Made by a program: the position numbers and the translations under genes. A DNA stretch of 64,000 nucleotides from Alphaproteobacteria bacterium (GTDB lineage: Bacteria; Pseudomonadota; Alphaproteobacteria; MPNO01; UBA830). Of this stretch, positions 51,290-61,298 are shown piece after piece. Under the pieces are notes generated by a model. It had not been told where the DNA came from. It saw nothing but the letters and a program-made list of their open reading frames with translations, and searched no databases. The stretch's first letter is position 1; each line of letters starts with the position of its first letter. The stretch is from contig OZ251539.1 of NCBI GenBank assembly GCA_965243135.1, positions 1,344,001-1,408,000 on the forward strand. Direction: 5' to 3'.

Positions 51290-51700
51290 ACCATTTGCCC
51301 TTACTCTCCCTCCATCCTTGTCCCCGACGTCCAGCGCAAGCGTTGCCTGACCCTAGGAAACCCTTCTGTCGAAAGTCGGCACGGTCGCCGGCGCTCGGTA
51401 GGACTCCTCCTTCTTCGTCGGTGGCGCTCAGGCGCATGCCGTTGGCCAGAGCCGCCGCCGCCAGCTTCGGAGGCTTGGTCGCAAGCGCCAGCCACGAGCC
51501 CGCGCCGCGTCGTTTCGCCAACCGAACGACCGGCATGTCGCCGATGCTTTGTCACGCCGCCCCGTGGCCGAGCCTCGCCTTGCCGCCCGTGTTGTCTTCT
51601 CTCGGCATCAGACCCAGCCAAACCGCGGAGTCGGGCCCCAACCGGAAATTTGGCGGTGCGAAGGCTGCCGAAGCGGTCATGGGACCGGCGTCGAGCATGC
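51290..51700 (-). pseudogene. 3' fragment of an IS110-family transposase
   Basis: SAVWLGLMPREDNTGGKARLG and KPPKLAAAALAN motifs. Confidence 0.7.
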
Positions 51701-51719
51701 TTCGTATCAAGTTCTCGTC

Positions 51720-51829
51720 CTCCCTTTATGGGGGACGGGACCACCGTTAGAGTAGCATTAGGCCGTGGCTCTCATGGCGTTGAACTGAATAAAGAATTCT
51801 GTCAATATAATGTTGATGAAGGACTCTAG
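51720..51829 (+). pseudogene. C-terminal remnant of an amino (N4C/N6A) DNA methyltransferase
   Basis: PFMGDGTTVRVALGRGSHGVELNKEFC resembles DPFMGSGTT..A..LGR..GxEL; stop abuts the ATPase ATG. Confidence 0.6.
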
Positions 51830-53140
51830 ATGTATTTTTCAGCGGAACAGATAAAGAGAGCGATAATCCAACTAAAGGATGTTCACCCTTTTTTTGGTAT
51901 AACTTTTCTTGCCTGTAAAAAAGAAAATTTGCCGATTGGAAAGCCGATTAAATTTCATTTAGGAAGAATAACTAAAGAGCACATGGAAAAACATCACAAA
52001 TTAAATCAAAATTCCAAACACTATTTTCAGCCATTTCATAGAACAAGAAGATGGGTTAGAAATGATTATCCATCCAGCGGGTTACAAGAGATCAATACGC
52101 AAACCTTCAAAGACGCCTTTATTCATCCGCCCAAAAGGCCGCAATGGGGATGGTCCGACGATTACATCAGCTTCTTGAATAAATTTCTTTCTCGCAATAT
52201 GGGGGAAAACAAAATTCCAGCTTACGCCTTGGCTGTCTGGTTATATAAGGAGCAAGAAGTATCGGACGCCACCGCGATGGAATTGATTTCAAAATTCATG
52301 GAAGAATATAACATTATCGAAGAAGAGACCCATTTTTTTAATCAACAGGCAACGGTATCGGACGGTGGCCCCACCGAAGCGCATGTTGCTGTCTGGCGCG
52401 ATCTTCGTCCATTCGTCGGCCGTCCTCCGGATGCGTCGCCCATAAGAGGCGGCCCGCTCGGGCATCTTCATATTAGAGGGAGTGGGCCAGCGCCAGAGCT
52501 TCGTATGGAGCCTTCCGAACACATGACGATCATTACGGGGGACAATGGCCTGGGAAAGACGTTTCTGCTCGATTGCGCTTGGTGGGCGCTAACCGGTACA
52601 TGGGCGGACCAGCCTGCCACGCCCCGGGATGACAGCGCCAAAAGGAATGTTTTGATTTCTTTCGGAATTCGGGACCAAGAACTAATGGAGGCGGGCGAAG
52701 CTTTCACGCAAGAAGTATCCTATAATTGGGATTTGCAAGAGTGGTCGAAGGCCGACAGGACAGCTACCGTACCCGGGCTGATCTTGTATGTACGCGTGGA
52801 CGGTTCCTTTGCGATATGGGATCCGATTCGACGCGCGGAAGCGCAAAATGGGGCGGAAAATCAAACCGCCCTTTCAAGTAAGGAAATATGGTATGGTAAA
52901 GAAGGAAAAACGGAAGGCCTGATTAGGGATTGGGCACAATGGCAGAGTAATCCAAAGACTTCGCCGTTTTCGATTTTTTCAAAAATCTTGAAAGCACTAT
53001 CGCCGCCGGATCTTGGTGAGCTGTCACCAGGAAAGCTTGTTCGTTTGCCTCGCGAATTGCGACCTATTCCGACTATCCGGCATAACTATGGCGAAATTCC
53101 GATTGTAAGCGCATCAGCCGGCGTGAAGAGGATAGTCACG

Positions 53141-54223
53141 CTAGTGTTCTGTCCCAGAAATACGCATAGATAATCTTTGAACCTTTTCGAGAATGGATTC
53201 GGCGGTGGCAATCCAAACGAAGGGAGCGGCATCGCGATTGTAGTCCTCGGTGAACTGCTTGATGCATTTCACCAATTGGCTGACGTTTGCGAACGATCCC
53301 CGGCGAAGGGCGGTCTCCGTGATGAGGCCAAACCAGCGCTCGACCTGATTGAGCCAGGAAGCGTAGGTCGGCGTGAAGTGGAGATGGTAGCGAGGTCGCT
53401 GCGCTATCCAGGCGCGAACCTTGGGATGCTTATGGGTCGCGTAGTTGTCGGCCACCAAATGGATGTCGAGTTCTTTGGGGACGTTGCGGTCGATGAGGCG
53501 CAGAAAATCGAGGAAATCCTGGTGGCGATGACGTTGCTTGCAGGTGGCGATGACCTGCCCGGTGGCAATGTCGAGCGCGGCGAACAACGTGGTGGTGCCG
53601 TGGCGGATGTAGTCATGGGTGTAGCCCTCGACATAGCCAAGCCCGAGGGGCAGGGTCGGCTGGGTACGGTCGAGGGCCTGAATCTGCGATTTCTCGTCGA
53701 CGCACAGCACCACCGCGTGTTCCGGAGGGTTGAGGTACAATCCAACGATGTCGCGCACTTTCTCCACGAAGAACGGGTCTGTCGACAGCTTGAACGTCTT
53801 GCGCAGGTGGGGCTTGACGCCGAACAACTCGAACCAGCGCTGGACGGTGCTCTTCGAGAGGCCGGCATGGCGGGCCATTGAACGAACGCTCCAGTGCGTC
53901 GCATTCTTCGGCGTTTCCTGAAGGGCGCTCTTGATGACCTCGGCAACCCGTTCGTCATCGTATGTTCGGGGCCGGCCGCTGCGCAACTCGTCGTGTAGCC
54001 CTTCGGTCCCGCCTTCCACAAACCGCTTTCGCCATTTGCCTACGGTCAACGGCGATACGTCGAGCTTTTCGGCGACCGCCTTGTTCGACATTCCCGCAGC
54101 GCAATCCAGAACGATCTTGGCGCGTAGAGTCAAACCGGAAGGCAGCGACGTTGCATTCGCAATGCTGCGCAATTGCGCTTCCTGATCCAAAGTGAGAACG
54201 AGCGGCGGCTTTCCTTTCGGCAT
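53141..54223 (-). CDS. IS630 transposase, intact
   Basis: [50 protein letters not shown]. Confidence 0.96.
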   Translation of the reverse strand: MPKGKPPLVLTLDQEAQLRSIANATSLPSGLTLRAKIVLDCAAGMSNKAVAEKLDVSPLTVGKWRKRFVEGGTEGLHDELRSGRPRTYDDERVAEVIKSALQETPKNATHWSVRSMARHAGLSKSTVQRWFELFGVKPHLRKTFKLSTDPFFVEKVRDIVGLYLNPPEHAVVLCVDEKSQIQALDRTQPTLPLGLGYVEGYTHDYIRHGTTTLFAALDIATGQVIATCKQRHRHQDFLDFLRLIDRNVPKELDIHLVADNYATHKHPKVRAWIAQRPRYHLHFTPTYASWLNQVERWFGLITETALRRGSFANVSQLVKCIKQFTEDYNRDAAPFVWIATAESILEKVQRLSMRISGTEH

Positions 54224-54284
54224 GGCGACCTCCTCCTGAAAATGCCCATGCCTGTATATAATATGTATTTGAGGGACACAACAC
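53144..54284 (-). mobile_element. IS630-family insertion sequence
   Basis: TIRs GTGTTCTGTCCCAGAAATAC / GTGTTGTGTCCCTCAAATAC; TA duplication inside CTAG at 53142-53143 and 54285-54286. Confidence 0.95.
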
Positions 54285-54861
54285 TAGCGTACCTTTTGGT
54301 ATGGCTCTTGGAGGAACATTATATACGCGCACGCTTTATCAAGCGTCTTCCCGAGAATAGAATTGTCGTACTCGTCGATGAAATGGAAGCGCATCTGCAT
54401 CCAAAATGGCAACGGCTAGTGCTGCCGACCGTTATTTCTATAATAGAATCCGATTTAAAAGAAAGGTATAACGATATAAGCGCTCAGATCATTGTTACCA
54501 CGCATTCGCCGTTGGTTCTTGCATCTATAGAAGCCAAATTTGATGACGAAAAAGACTCTCTGATTCACCTTGGATTAAAGGAGGGAGAACCAATATTGGA
54601 ACCAATAAACTTTATCAAATACGGCAGCGTAGAGCTTTGGTTGACTTCGCCAATTTTTGGACTCGGGGATGCACGATCTCGCGAAGCTGAAGCCGCCATT
54701 TTCCAAGCGATGGAGCTGAAAGATCTTAAATTATTGGAGAACCAGGAAATTGGTCGGGAAGAAATTTGGGAAGTGACAGAGAAATTACGTAAGCATCTGC
54801 CGGATCATGACGATTTTTGGCCTCGTTGGATCGGATTTGCCAAAAAATTTGGCGTCGATAT

Positions 54862-55470
54862 ATGATCCCGGTGGTGAGACAGCCCGAACCGAGCGATTTT
54901 AATCGGCTTGTAAGGCGACCTGGTCGAACATTTATTATGGCGAATAATCCACGAAAGAGTAAAGAGTTTGAGCCATATTGGAGGAGAATAAGTCAAGATC
55001 TCCATGAGGCGTACAGCAACACTTGTGCGTACACCTGTATCTACTTGGCGTCGTTGTCGGGAACCGTGGATCATTTTATACCAAAGAGCGGATGTCCCCG
55101 CTTAGCATATGAATGGGATAATTATAGACTTGCATTGAATGTCGTAAATCAATACAAAGACAACTCGGTGGGTCTTTTGGATCCATTCGAGATCGGGGAG
55201 GATTGGTTTGCTTTGGATTTTCCCACTTGTTATGTTATTATCGGTGATCAAATGCCGAATTACCTAATCGATAAGGCGAAGGAAACAATTGAAATTCTGA
55301 AGCTAAACGAAAATTATTTTGCGCGTCTGCGTTTCAGTATCGTTAAAAATTTCTGGAATAGGGAACTGGAATGGCCGACGTTGCAACAAAAATATCCTTT
55401 TTTAGCGAATGAATTGGAAAGGCAGGATCTTAGAAACAGGAGACAAATACGTCTGCGTTTTCAATTTTGA
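54862..55470 (+). CDS. HNH endonuclease (PtuB-like)
   Basis: CAYTC...TVDHFIPKS...LAYEWDNY...N..K...LLDPF; ATGA overlap with the ATPase. Confidence 0.85.
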   Translation: MIPVVRQPEPSDFNRLVRRPGRTFIMANNPRKSKEFEPYWRRISQDLHEAYSNTCAYTCIYLASLSGTVDHFIPKSGCPRLAYEWDNYRLALNVVNQYKDNSVGLLDPFEIGEDWFALDFPTCYVIIGDQMPNYLIDKAKETIEILKLNENYFARLRFSIVKNFWNRELEWPTLQQKYPFLANELERQDLRNRRQIRLRFQF

Positions 55471-55561
55471 CTTTTATCTATCTTATGCACGGCGAAAGTG
55501 CGTATTGCATCCTCTCTCTCGGCTCCGAATGGCTTTCAAGGGGTGGAATTTTTCCTCGGGT

Positions 55562-55805
55562 ACGGAGAACCCCAAATTTTTCGCTCCGGGAATGCCATTT
55601 TTGCAGATTCCACCAGCCCCTCCACGACCGCAAACGATCGCCCACGTCGGACCTCGCCCCAAGTTTGCCGTACCGCACCAGGGCAACCGGATATTCCGCT
55701 TTCGTTCCGTGTTCGCCAGCTTTTGCTTCCCTTGGGACTTGCCGACGGGCGGCCGGAGCGACCTGTGGGGAGCCGAACGGACGACAGCCGACAAAAAATG
55801 GCGCA
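55562..55805 (+). repeat. Dispersed repeat R2, copy 2
   Basis: Aligns by eye with 41890-42125. Confidence 0.8.
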
Positions 55806-55836
55806 GCGCAAACGCCTCTGGAAAACGCGGATTCGA

Positions 55837-56080
55837 GATAAACGCTCATGATCGGCGCCCGCTCGCCCCGTAGCATGTAACTTTGGGGGTGGTTCTCCCG
55901 GCCTCGCGCCGCTCGCCGACATAACCGTTCCGCGTCCGGGCGTCGCGGCGCGAAGACAGGGCTATACGGGGCAGCCCTCAGCGTCACGCTCCCGAATTCT
56001 CGAGCGGCGAGCGCCGCCGCGAAAAAATCTCGCGGAACGGTTTTGTGTGGCCGGCAGCTCGGGGGTAGTTACACAGCAAA
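55837..56080 (-). repeat. Dispersed repeat R1, full-length inverted copy
   Basis: Reverse complement closely matches 32721-32966. Confidence 0.9.
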
Positions 56081-56451
56081 TTTCTCGTGGATTTTTCCGG
56101 GTGTTTCGGTGCGATTTGCTTCGGATGAGGGAATTCTCTCGTGTCGCGGCGCCTTTGGCGACTCTGCCTTCCCTGCGTGTCTTTCGGTGCCTTGGCGGGA
56201 GTGCCCGCCTTCGCGCTGGGCCGTCATGTCGCCCGCTGCTCCCGGAAGCCCTCGAAGCGTCCACTGAGCATGGAACCGTAGTGCGGCGTCCGCACCGCCG
56301 CTGCGTCCAGCTGCAAAACGTGGTTTCGCGAACCGGAAGACTTTTCTCGGCGGCGCTCCCCGTTCAAAAGTGCGACGCTTCGCCCTGCGCTGTTTGAAAC
56401 CGGATTGTTGCAGCGCGGCGTGTGCCTGGGGGAACCATGCTGCGGTCGCGT

Positions 56452-57759
56452 CTACATCAAGCTGGGTAGCCACAGGGCGAGATCGGGAGCGGCGATCAGT
56501 ATCAATATCAGTATCGCGTCGCAGACCAGGAACGGGAACGCGGCCTTGGCCACCTCGATCAGATTCGTCCCCTTGGGAGCGACCCCCAGCATCACGTAGA
56601 GCAACAGCCCGAACGGCGGCGTCGTCCCCGCCATCTCTATGGTGATCAGCACGAACAGGCCGTACCAGATCAGGTCGAAGCCCAGCGCGTTCGCCAGCGG
56701 AAAGAAGATCGGCACCGTGATCAGCATCATCGACGTCGCGTCCATGAACATGCCGAGCAGGATGAGGACGCAGAACATCATCAGCAGAATCGCCAGCCGG
56801 TGCAGCTCGTAACTCGTCACCCATTCGATCAGGCCCTTGCTCGCGCCGGAATAGGCGAGCATCTGGCTGAACACCGTGGAGTTCATGATGATCAGGAACA
56901 CCATGGCCGCGACCCGCACGGTCGCCTCGACCGAGGTCGTGAGCGCCCTGAACCTGAGCGCGCCGTAGCCGACGGCGATCGCCATCACCCCGAGCACGCC
57001 GCAGGCGGCCGCTTCCGTCGGCGTCGCGATGCCGAGCACGATGAAGCCGACCACCATGAACACCACGAGGCCCATCGGCAGGATGTTGGTCGCCACCATG
57101 CGCAGTCGCGTCGCGAGACTCATGGGATCGACGTCGTAGGCCGGCGCCGAGCCGGGATTGCGGACCAGCTGAAGGGTGATCATCGCCGCGTACAGCCCGG
57201 CGAGCACGAAGCCCGGCAGGAATCCCGCCACCAGCAGCCGTCCGACGTCGATTTCGGCGATCGCGGCGAGAAGCACCCCGAGGGCGGACGGCGGGATGAT
57301 CATGGCGAGGCCGCCGGTGCCGAGAATCGGCCCCATCGACATCTTCTTGCTGTAGCCGCGCCGCTCCATCTCCGGAACCATGAGGGAGCCCAGCATGGCG
57401 GTGTTGGCCATGGACGAGCCCGTCAGCGTCGAGAAGATCGCGCCGCCGGCGACGGTCAGATAGCAGAGGCGGCCCGGCAGCCGTCCGAATATCGCGTCGA
57501 GGCCGTCGAACACCTTGATCGCGAGGCCGGTGTGGAAGAACAGCGACCCCATCAGGATGAACATCGGCACCGGGCCGAGAATGAAGCGCGATATGAGCTG
57601 CGTCGAATTGTCCACCACCTGGATCAGGCCGCCGGCGCCGGCGAAGATCAGCACCGCCAGAAAATTGGTCATGATGAAGGCGAACGCGACCGGCACGCCC
57701 AGCGCCATGAAGGAGATGACCATGCCGAGGAGAAGGGCGAACGCCCAATACCACTCCAC
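56452..57759 (-). CDS. dctM: TRAP transporter large permease
   Basis: VPMFILMG, TGSSMANTAMLG, GGLAMIIPPS, ATPTEAAA, TTPPFGLLLY; GTG start. Confidence 0.93.
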   Translation of the reverse strand: MEWYWAFALLLGMVISFMALGVPVAFAFIMTNFLAVLIFAGAGGLIQVVDNSTQLISRFILGPVPMFILMGSLFFHTGLAIKVFDGLDAIFGRLPGRLCYLTVAGGAIFSTLTGSSMANTAMLGSLMVPEMERRGYSKKMSMGPILGTGGLAMIIPPSALGVLLAAIAEIDVGRLLVAGFLPGFVLAGLYAAMITLQLVRNPGSAPAYDVDPMSLATRLRMVATNILPMGLVVFMVVGFIVLGIATPTEAAACGVLGVMAIAVGYGALRFRALTTSVEATVRVAAMVFLIIMNSTVFSQMLAYSGASKGLIEWVTSYELHRLAILLMMFCVLILLGMFMDATSMMLITVPIFFPLANALGFDLIWYGLFVLITIEMAGTTPPFGLLLYVMLGVAPKGTNLIEVAKAAFPFLVCDAILILILIAAPDLALWLPSLM

Positions 57760-57761
57760 GA

Positions 57762-58286
57762 CTACATGCCTTCCCGCGCGTCGGTGCGGCTGCCGTACAT
57801 GTCGTCGATGCCGAGAAAGTAGCGCAGGAATTCGATCGCGAGGAGAAAGAAGGCGATCGGCATGGGGGCGTACAGCCACCAGTTCATCAGTTCCATTCCG
57901 CGCTCGTCGATTTGTTCCGTCTCCCAAGTTTCGAGGAGCAGAACGACGGAATAGTAGCAGAATCCCGACGAGCCGGCGATCGCCACCAGATAGGCGAACT
58001 TGGCGGCGATCTTCTGCGCCGCCGGAGCGAAGAGCTGCGTCAGCGCGTCGATGAAGACGTGCCCCTTGATTCGGGCGAGCCAGGGCGCTCCGAGCATGGT
58101 GAACCAGAGCAGCCCGTATTCGACGAGCCCGATGGTGCCTTCGAAGGGCGTGACGCCGAGCGTGGTCAGCGCGACGTCCGCGACGATCAGCAGGAAGATC
58201 GCGAACACGACGACGCCCGCCAGGATTTTCAGCGCGTCCAGCAGCCAGTCATGCGCCCTTGTTAAGATTTGCATGTTCCTTTCCAC
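57762..58286 (-). CDS. dctQ: TRAP transporter small permease
   Basis: Four TM segments, EYGLLWFTMLGAPW, GHVFID. Confidence 0.9.
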   Translation of the reverse strand: MERNMQILTRAHDWLLDALKILAGVVVFAIFLLIVADVALTTLGVTPFEGTIGLVEYGLLWFTMLGAPWLARIKGHVFIDALTQLFAPAAQKIAAKFAYLVAIAGSSGFCYYSVVLLLETWETEQIDERGMELMNWWLYAPMPIAFFLLAIEFLRYFLGIDDMYGSRTDAREGM

Positions 58287-58479
58287 GCTGCCGACGCGGG
58301 CTTCTCACGATAGCCGGGAAGCTGCCGCGCGGCAACCGGCGCCCGGCGACCGGCGAAATTTCCGGTTTCGCCGTCGCGCTCGCGCTGCGCGAGGTTGCCG
58401 GGAGCGCGCCGAGGCGGCCCCGCGTCTTGGCGACCTCGGACGCCTTGAGCCTGGGCTCGGCGCCGTGCGGACAGCGGGC

Positions 58480-59379
58480 TCAAAGGTCGATCCGCATCAG
58501 GTCGCGCGCCATTCGCAGTTCGCCCTGCCAGTTGCGGCGTATGTCGGCCGCCATCTCCTCCATCATCTCGGGACCCATCAGGTCCGTCGGCATGTGCCTG
58601 GACATGAGGTCGCGCATCATGGGGCGCGTCGAGTCGAAATGGCCGAAATGCGTGGCGACGAGGCTTTTGACCTTCGCCTTCGTCGCGATTTCGCCGAGTT
58701 CGGTCGGGCTGGTGTGCGCCCACGTGCCGATGCCGGCCTTCGACCGGAAGTCGATGGCCGATTGCGGGAAGGTGCATTCGTGGATCAGCAGGTCGGCTTC
58801 GCCCGCGAGCTCGATCAGCCGGTCGCACGGCGCGGTGTCGCCGGAGAAAACGACCGATTTCCCGTCGACGCTGTCGAGGCGGAGGCCGAAGCAGGGCGAT
58901 ATCTCCATCGGGATGTGCTCGACGTAGCAGGCGGTCACGCGAACCAGATCGTCCTCGAAGAGCGGCCCGGCTTCCTTCTCCCTCACGTCGGCGCGAAGCG
59001 CGCCGAAGTTGGCCTTGCGCTGCGGGTACTGGACGCGAGCTTCGATGTCCTTGCGGAACGCGCCGCGTTCGGGATCGAGCAGCGACTCGACGAAGTGCGC
59101 CGTGTCGTCCGGGCCGATCACCACCGGCGGCGCCTGCCGGTTGGCCATCCAGGTCGTGATCATGAAGTAGGCGAAATCGGCGATGTGGTCGTAATGCAGA
59201 TGCGACAGGAAGACGTGATTCACCTCCGCCGGGTTGACGTTGGCGGCCACCATCTGATTGGTGGCGCCGTGGCCGCAGTCGAACAGGTAATGGCGGTCGC
59301 GAACGGTGATCAGGATGCCGGAATCGTGCCGGTCGGGATTCGGCATCGCGGCGCCCGTGCCGAGCATGATTACGCGCAC
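58480..59379 (-). CDS. Metallo-beta-lactamase-fold hydrolase (RNase Z / arylsulfatase-like)
   Basis: GTG start after GGGAGG; LGTGAAMP, LFDCG, SHLHYDH, FSGDT, LIHEC, HTSP, THF. Confidence 0.9.
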   Translation of the reverse strand: MRVIMLGTGAAMPNPDRHDSGILITVRDRHYLFDCGHGATNQMVAANVNPAEVNHVFLSHLHYDHIADFAYFMITTWMANRQAPPVVIGPDDTAHFVESLLDPERGAFRKDIEARVQYPQRKANFGALRADVREKEAGPLFEDDLVRVTACYVEHIPMEISPCFGLRLDSVDGKSVVFSGDTAPCDRLIELAGEADLLIHECTFPQSAIDFRSKAGIGTWAHTSPTELGEIATKAKVKSLVATHFGHFDSTRPMMRDLMSRHMPTDLMGPEMMEEMAADIRRNWQGELRMARDLMRIDL

Positions 59380-61298
59380 GTCGACCTCCCTTGCCGGCGG
59401 GCGGCCAGCGTTTCCCCGGCGATCAGCGCGGCCGCCGCGGCCGCGCCGGCGACGTCGGTCCAGACGCCGTTCGCCACCGCGCCGGCCGGGATCATCATGG
59501 CGACGCCGCTCGCGACGAACAAGGCGCGCCGGGCCGGATCGAGCGGACGCGCGAAATAGCCGACGAACCCGGCCGACACCGTCCATACGCCGGCGATGGC
59601 CGTCGCCGCCGTTTGCGCGACCAGCCAGACGGATCCCTGCATCGTCAGTTCGGGCGCGACCACGAACATGAACGGCACTACGTAGGCCGACCAGCCGAAC
59701 TGGACCGCCGCCGTCGCGGTCTTCATCGGGTCGGACTCCGCGACGGTCGCGGCGGCGAACGCCGCGATCGCCACCGGCGGCGTGATCATCGACAGCATTC
59801 CGAAGTAGAGCGCGAACAGGTGGGCCGCTATCGGCGAAATCCCCACTTCGACCATGGCCGGCGCGACGAGCGTCGCGACCAGCAGATAGACCCCGAGAGT
59901 CGGCATGCCCATGCCGAGAATGATCGAAATCACGGCGGCCATGGCGAGGATGAGAACGAGATTGCCGCCGGCGAACTGAACGAGCGACTGGGTCAGCGCG
60001 AAGCTCAGCCCGGTGATGTTGAGGACCCCGATGACGATGCCGGCCATCGCGCCGATCATGATCAGTTGGACGACGAGGGATCCCGTTTCGGCGAGGGCGC
60101 GGACCGGCGCGATGAACGCCATGCGTTCGCCGTCGTAGCCCAGCGCGAGGCCGATGGGCAGCAGGCTGACCGATGCCCACAGCGCCGACGCCTGCGGCTG
60201 CAGATTGAGGTGGAAGAGGCAGACGATGATGACGACGAAGGGCGCGATGTAGGGCCAGCCGGCGCGGAATACCGGCCATCGCGCCGGAATCCGGTCCCGG
60301 TCCACGGCCTTCAGCCCGTCGCGGGCGGCGACGAGGTCGGCCTGGATGAACAGGGCGACGTAATAGAGGACCGCCGGAATCAGCGCCGCGAGCACGACCG
60401 TGCGGTAGGCGATTTCCAGGAACTCCGCCATCAGGAAGGCGGCCGCTCCCATCATCGGCGGCATCAGCTGGCCGCCGGTCGACGCCACCGCTTCGATCGC
60501 GCCGGCCTGGTGCGGCTTGTAGCCGCCGCGGGCCATCAACGGTATCGTGATCACGCCGGTCGAGACGACGTTGGAGACGGCGCTCCCGGAAATCGACCCG
60601 AACAGCGAGGAGGCGGTGACGGCGATCTTGGCCGAGCCGCCGCGGTATCTTCCCATCAGGGCGCTCGAGACGTCGGTGAAGAAGCGCGAACCTCCCGACA
60701 TCCCCAGAAGCGTCCCGAAATAGATGAACGTGATGACGATGGTCGTCGAAACCCGTAGCGGAAAGCCGACCAGCCCGTTGGAATCGAGTCCGGCGTAAAT
60801 GAACAGCCGGTCGAAGCCCACTTCCTCTCCCTGGAAATCGCCGGGCACGTAGTGGCCGAACAGTCCGAAGGCCACGAAAAAGATCAGGAAACCGAACAGC
60901 ACGTTGCCCGCCGTCCGCCGCAATCCTTCCGCCACCACGACGATGACGACCGCGCCGATCGCAACCGCTTCCGGCGGGTTGTCGGCCATCGCCTCGAAGA
61001 TCGGTTCGTAGCGCCAGGCGGCGTAGAAGCAGACCCCGGATCCGGCGATCGCGATTATCCAGTCGTGGAACGGCACGCGCGTTCGCTCGCCGTTGCGGCG
61101 GGCCGGTTTGAGGATGAACAGCGCGGCGATCGCCACGCCGAGATAGACCAGCAGGCGCGCTTCGGGATAGGGAGCCCACCCGAACAGTTCGTCGACCGCC
61201 CCGGCTTCCGCCAGAGCCGCCAGCGTGAGCGCGCCTGCGAGCCAGCGCCCGAGAACGCGGACGGTCCAGCTTTTCCCGTCGTTCGGCAACGGCGTCAC
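59370..61298 (-). CDS. TRAP 4TM/12TM fused permease (TAXI-associated)
   Basis: GGSAKIAV, GSISGSAVSNVVSTG, EAVASTGGQLMPPMMGAAAF, ITPPVAIAAF. Confidence 0.95.
   Translation of the reverse strand: MTPLPNDGKSWTVRVLGRWLAGALTLAALAEAGAVDELFGWAPYPEARLLVYLGVAIAALFILKPARRNGERTRVPFHDWIIAIAGSGVCFYAAWRYEPIFEAMADNPPEAVAIGAVVIVVVAEGLRRTAGNVLFGFLIFFVAFGLFGHYVPGDFQGEEVGFDRLFIYAGLDSNGLVGFPLRVSTTIVITFIYFGTLLGMSGGSRFFTDVSSALMGRYRGGSAKIAVTASSLFGSISGSAVSNVVSTGVITIPLMARGGYKPHQAGAIEAVASTGGQLMPPMMGAAAFLMAEFLEIAYRTVVLAALIPAVLYYVALFIQADLVAARDGLKAVDRDRIPARWPVFRAGWPYIAPFVVIIVCLFHLNLQPQASALWASVSLLPIGLALGYDGERMAFIAPVRALAETGSLVVQLIMIGAMAGIVIGVLNITGLSFALTQSLVQFAGGNLVLILAMAAVISIILGMGMPTLGVYLLVATLVAPAMVEVGISPIAAHLFALYFGMLSMITPPVAIAAFAAATVAESDPMKTATAAVQFGWSAYVVPFMFVVAPELTMQGSVWLVAQTAATAIAGVWTVSAGFVGYFARPLDPARRALFVASGVAMMIPAGAVANGVWTDVAGAAAAAALIAGETLAARRQGRSTCA

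Larger units (their letters stand above)
51830..54865 (+). pseudogene. PtuA-like ABC ATPase with an extra N-terminal domain, interrupted by IS630
   Basis: [20 protein letters not shown]|AYLLVW, LVDEMEAHLHPKWQR, VTTHSP; joining 53143 to 54287 restores a 630-aa frame. Confidence 0.88.

Noticed and set aside
51830-55470. Type I-A retron
   Set aside because: ATPase + HNH are present but no reverse transcriptase or msr-msd region was found nearby.
13803-56080. Integron cassette array
   Set aside because: No tyrosine integrase, modules face both directions, and the repeats lack a recognisable attC RYYYAAC...GTTRRRY structure.
58480-61179. 899-aa ORF as a giant MBL fusion
   Set aside because: The first 600 codons are an alternative frame of the TRAP permease; the real gene starts at GTG 59379 with its own RBS.
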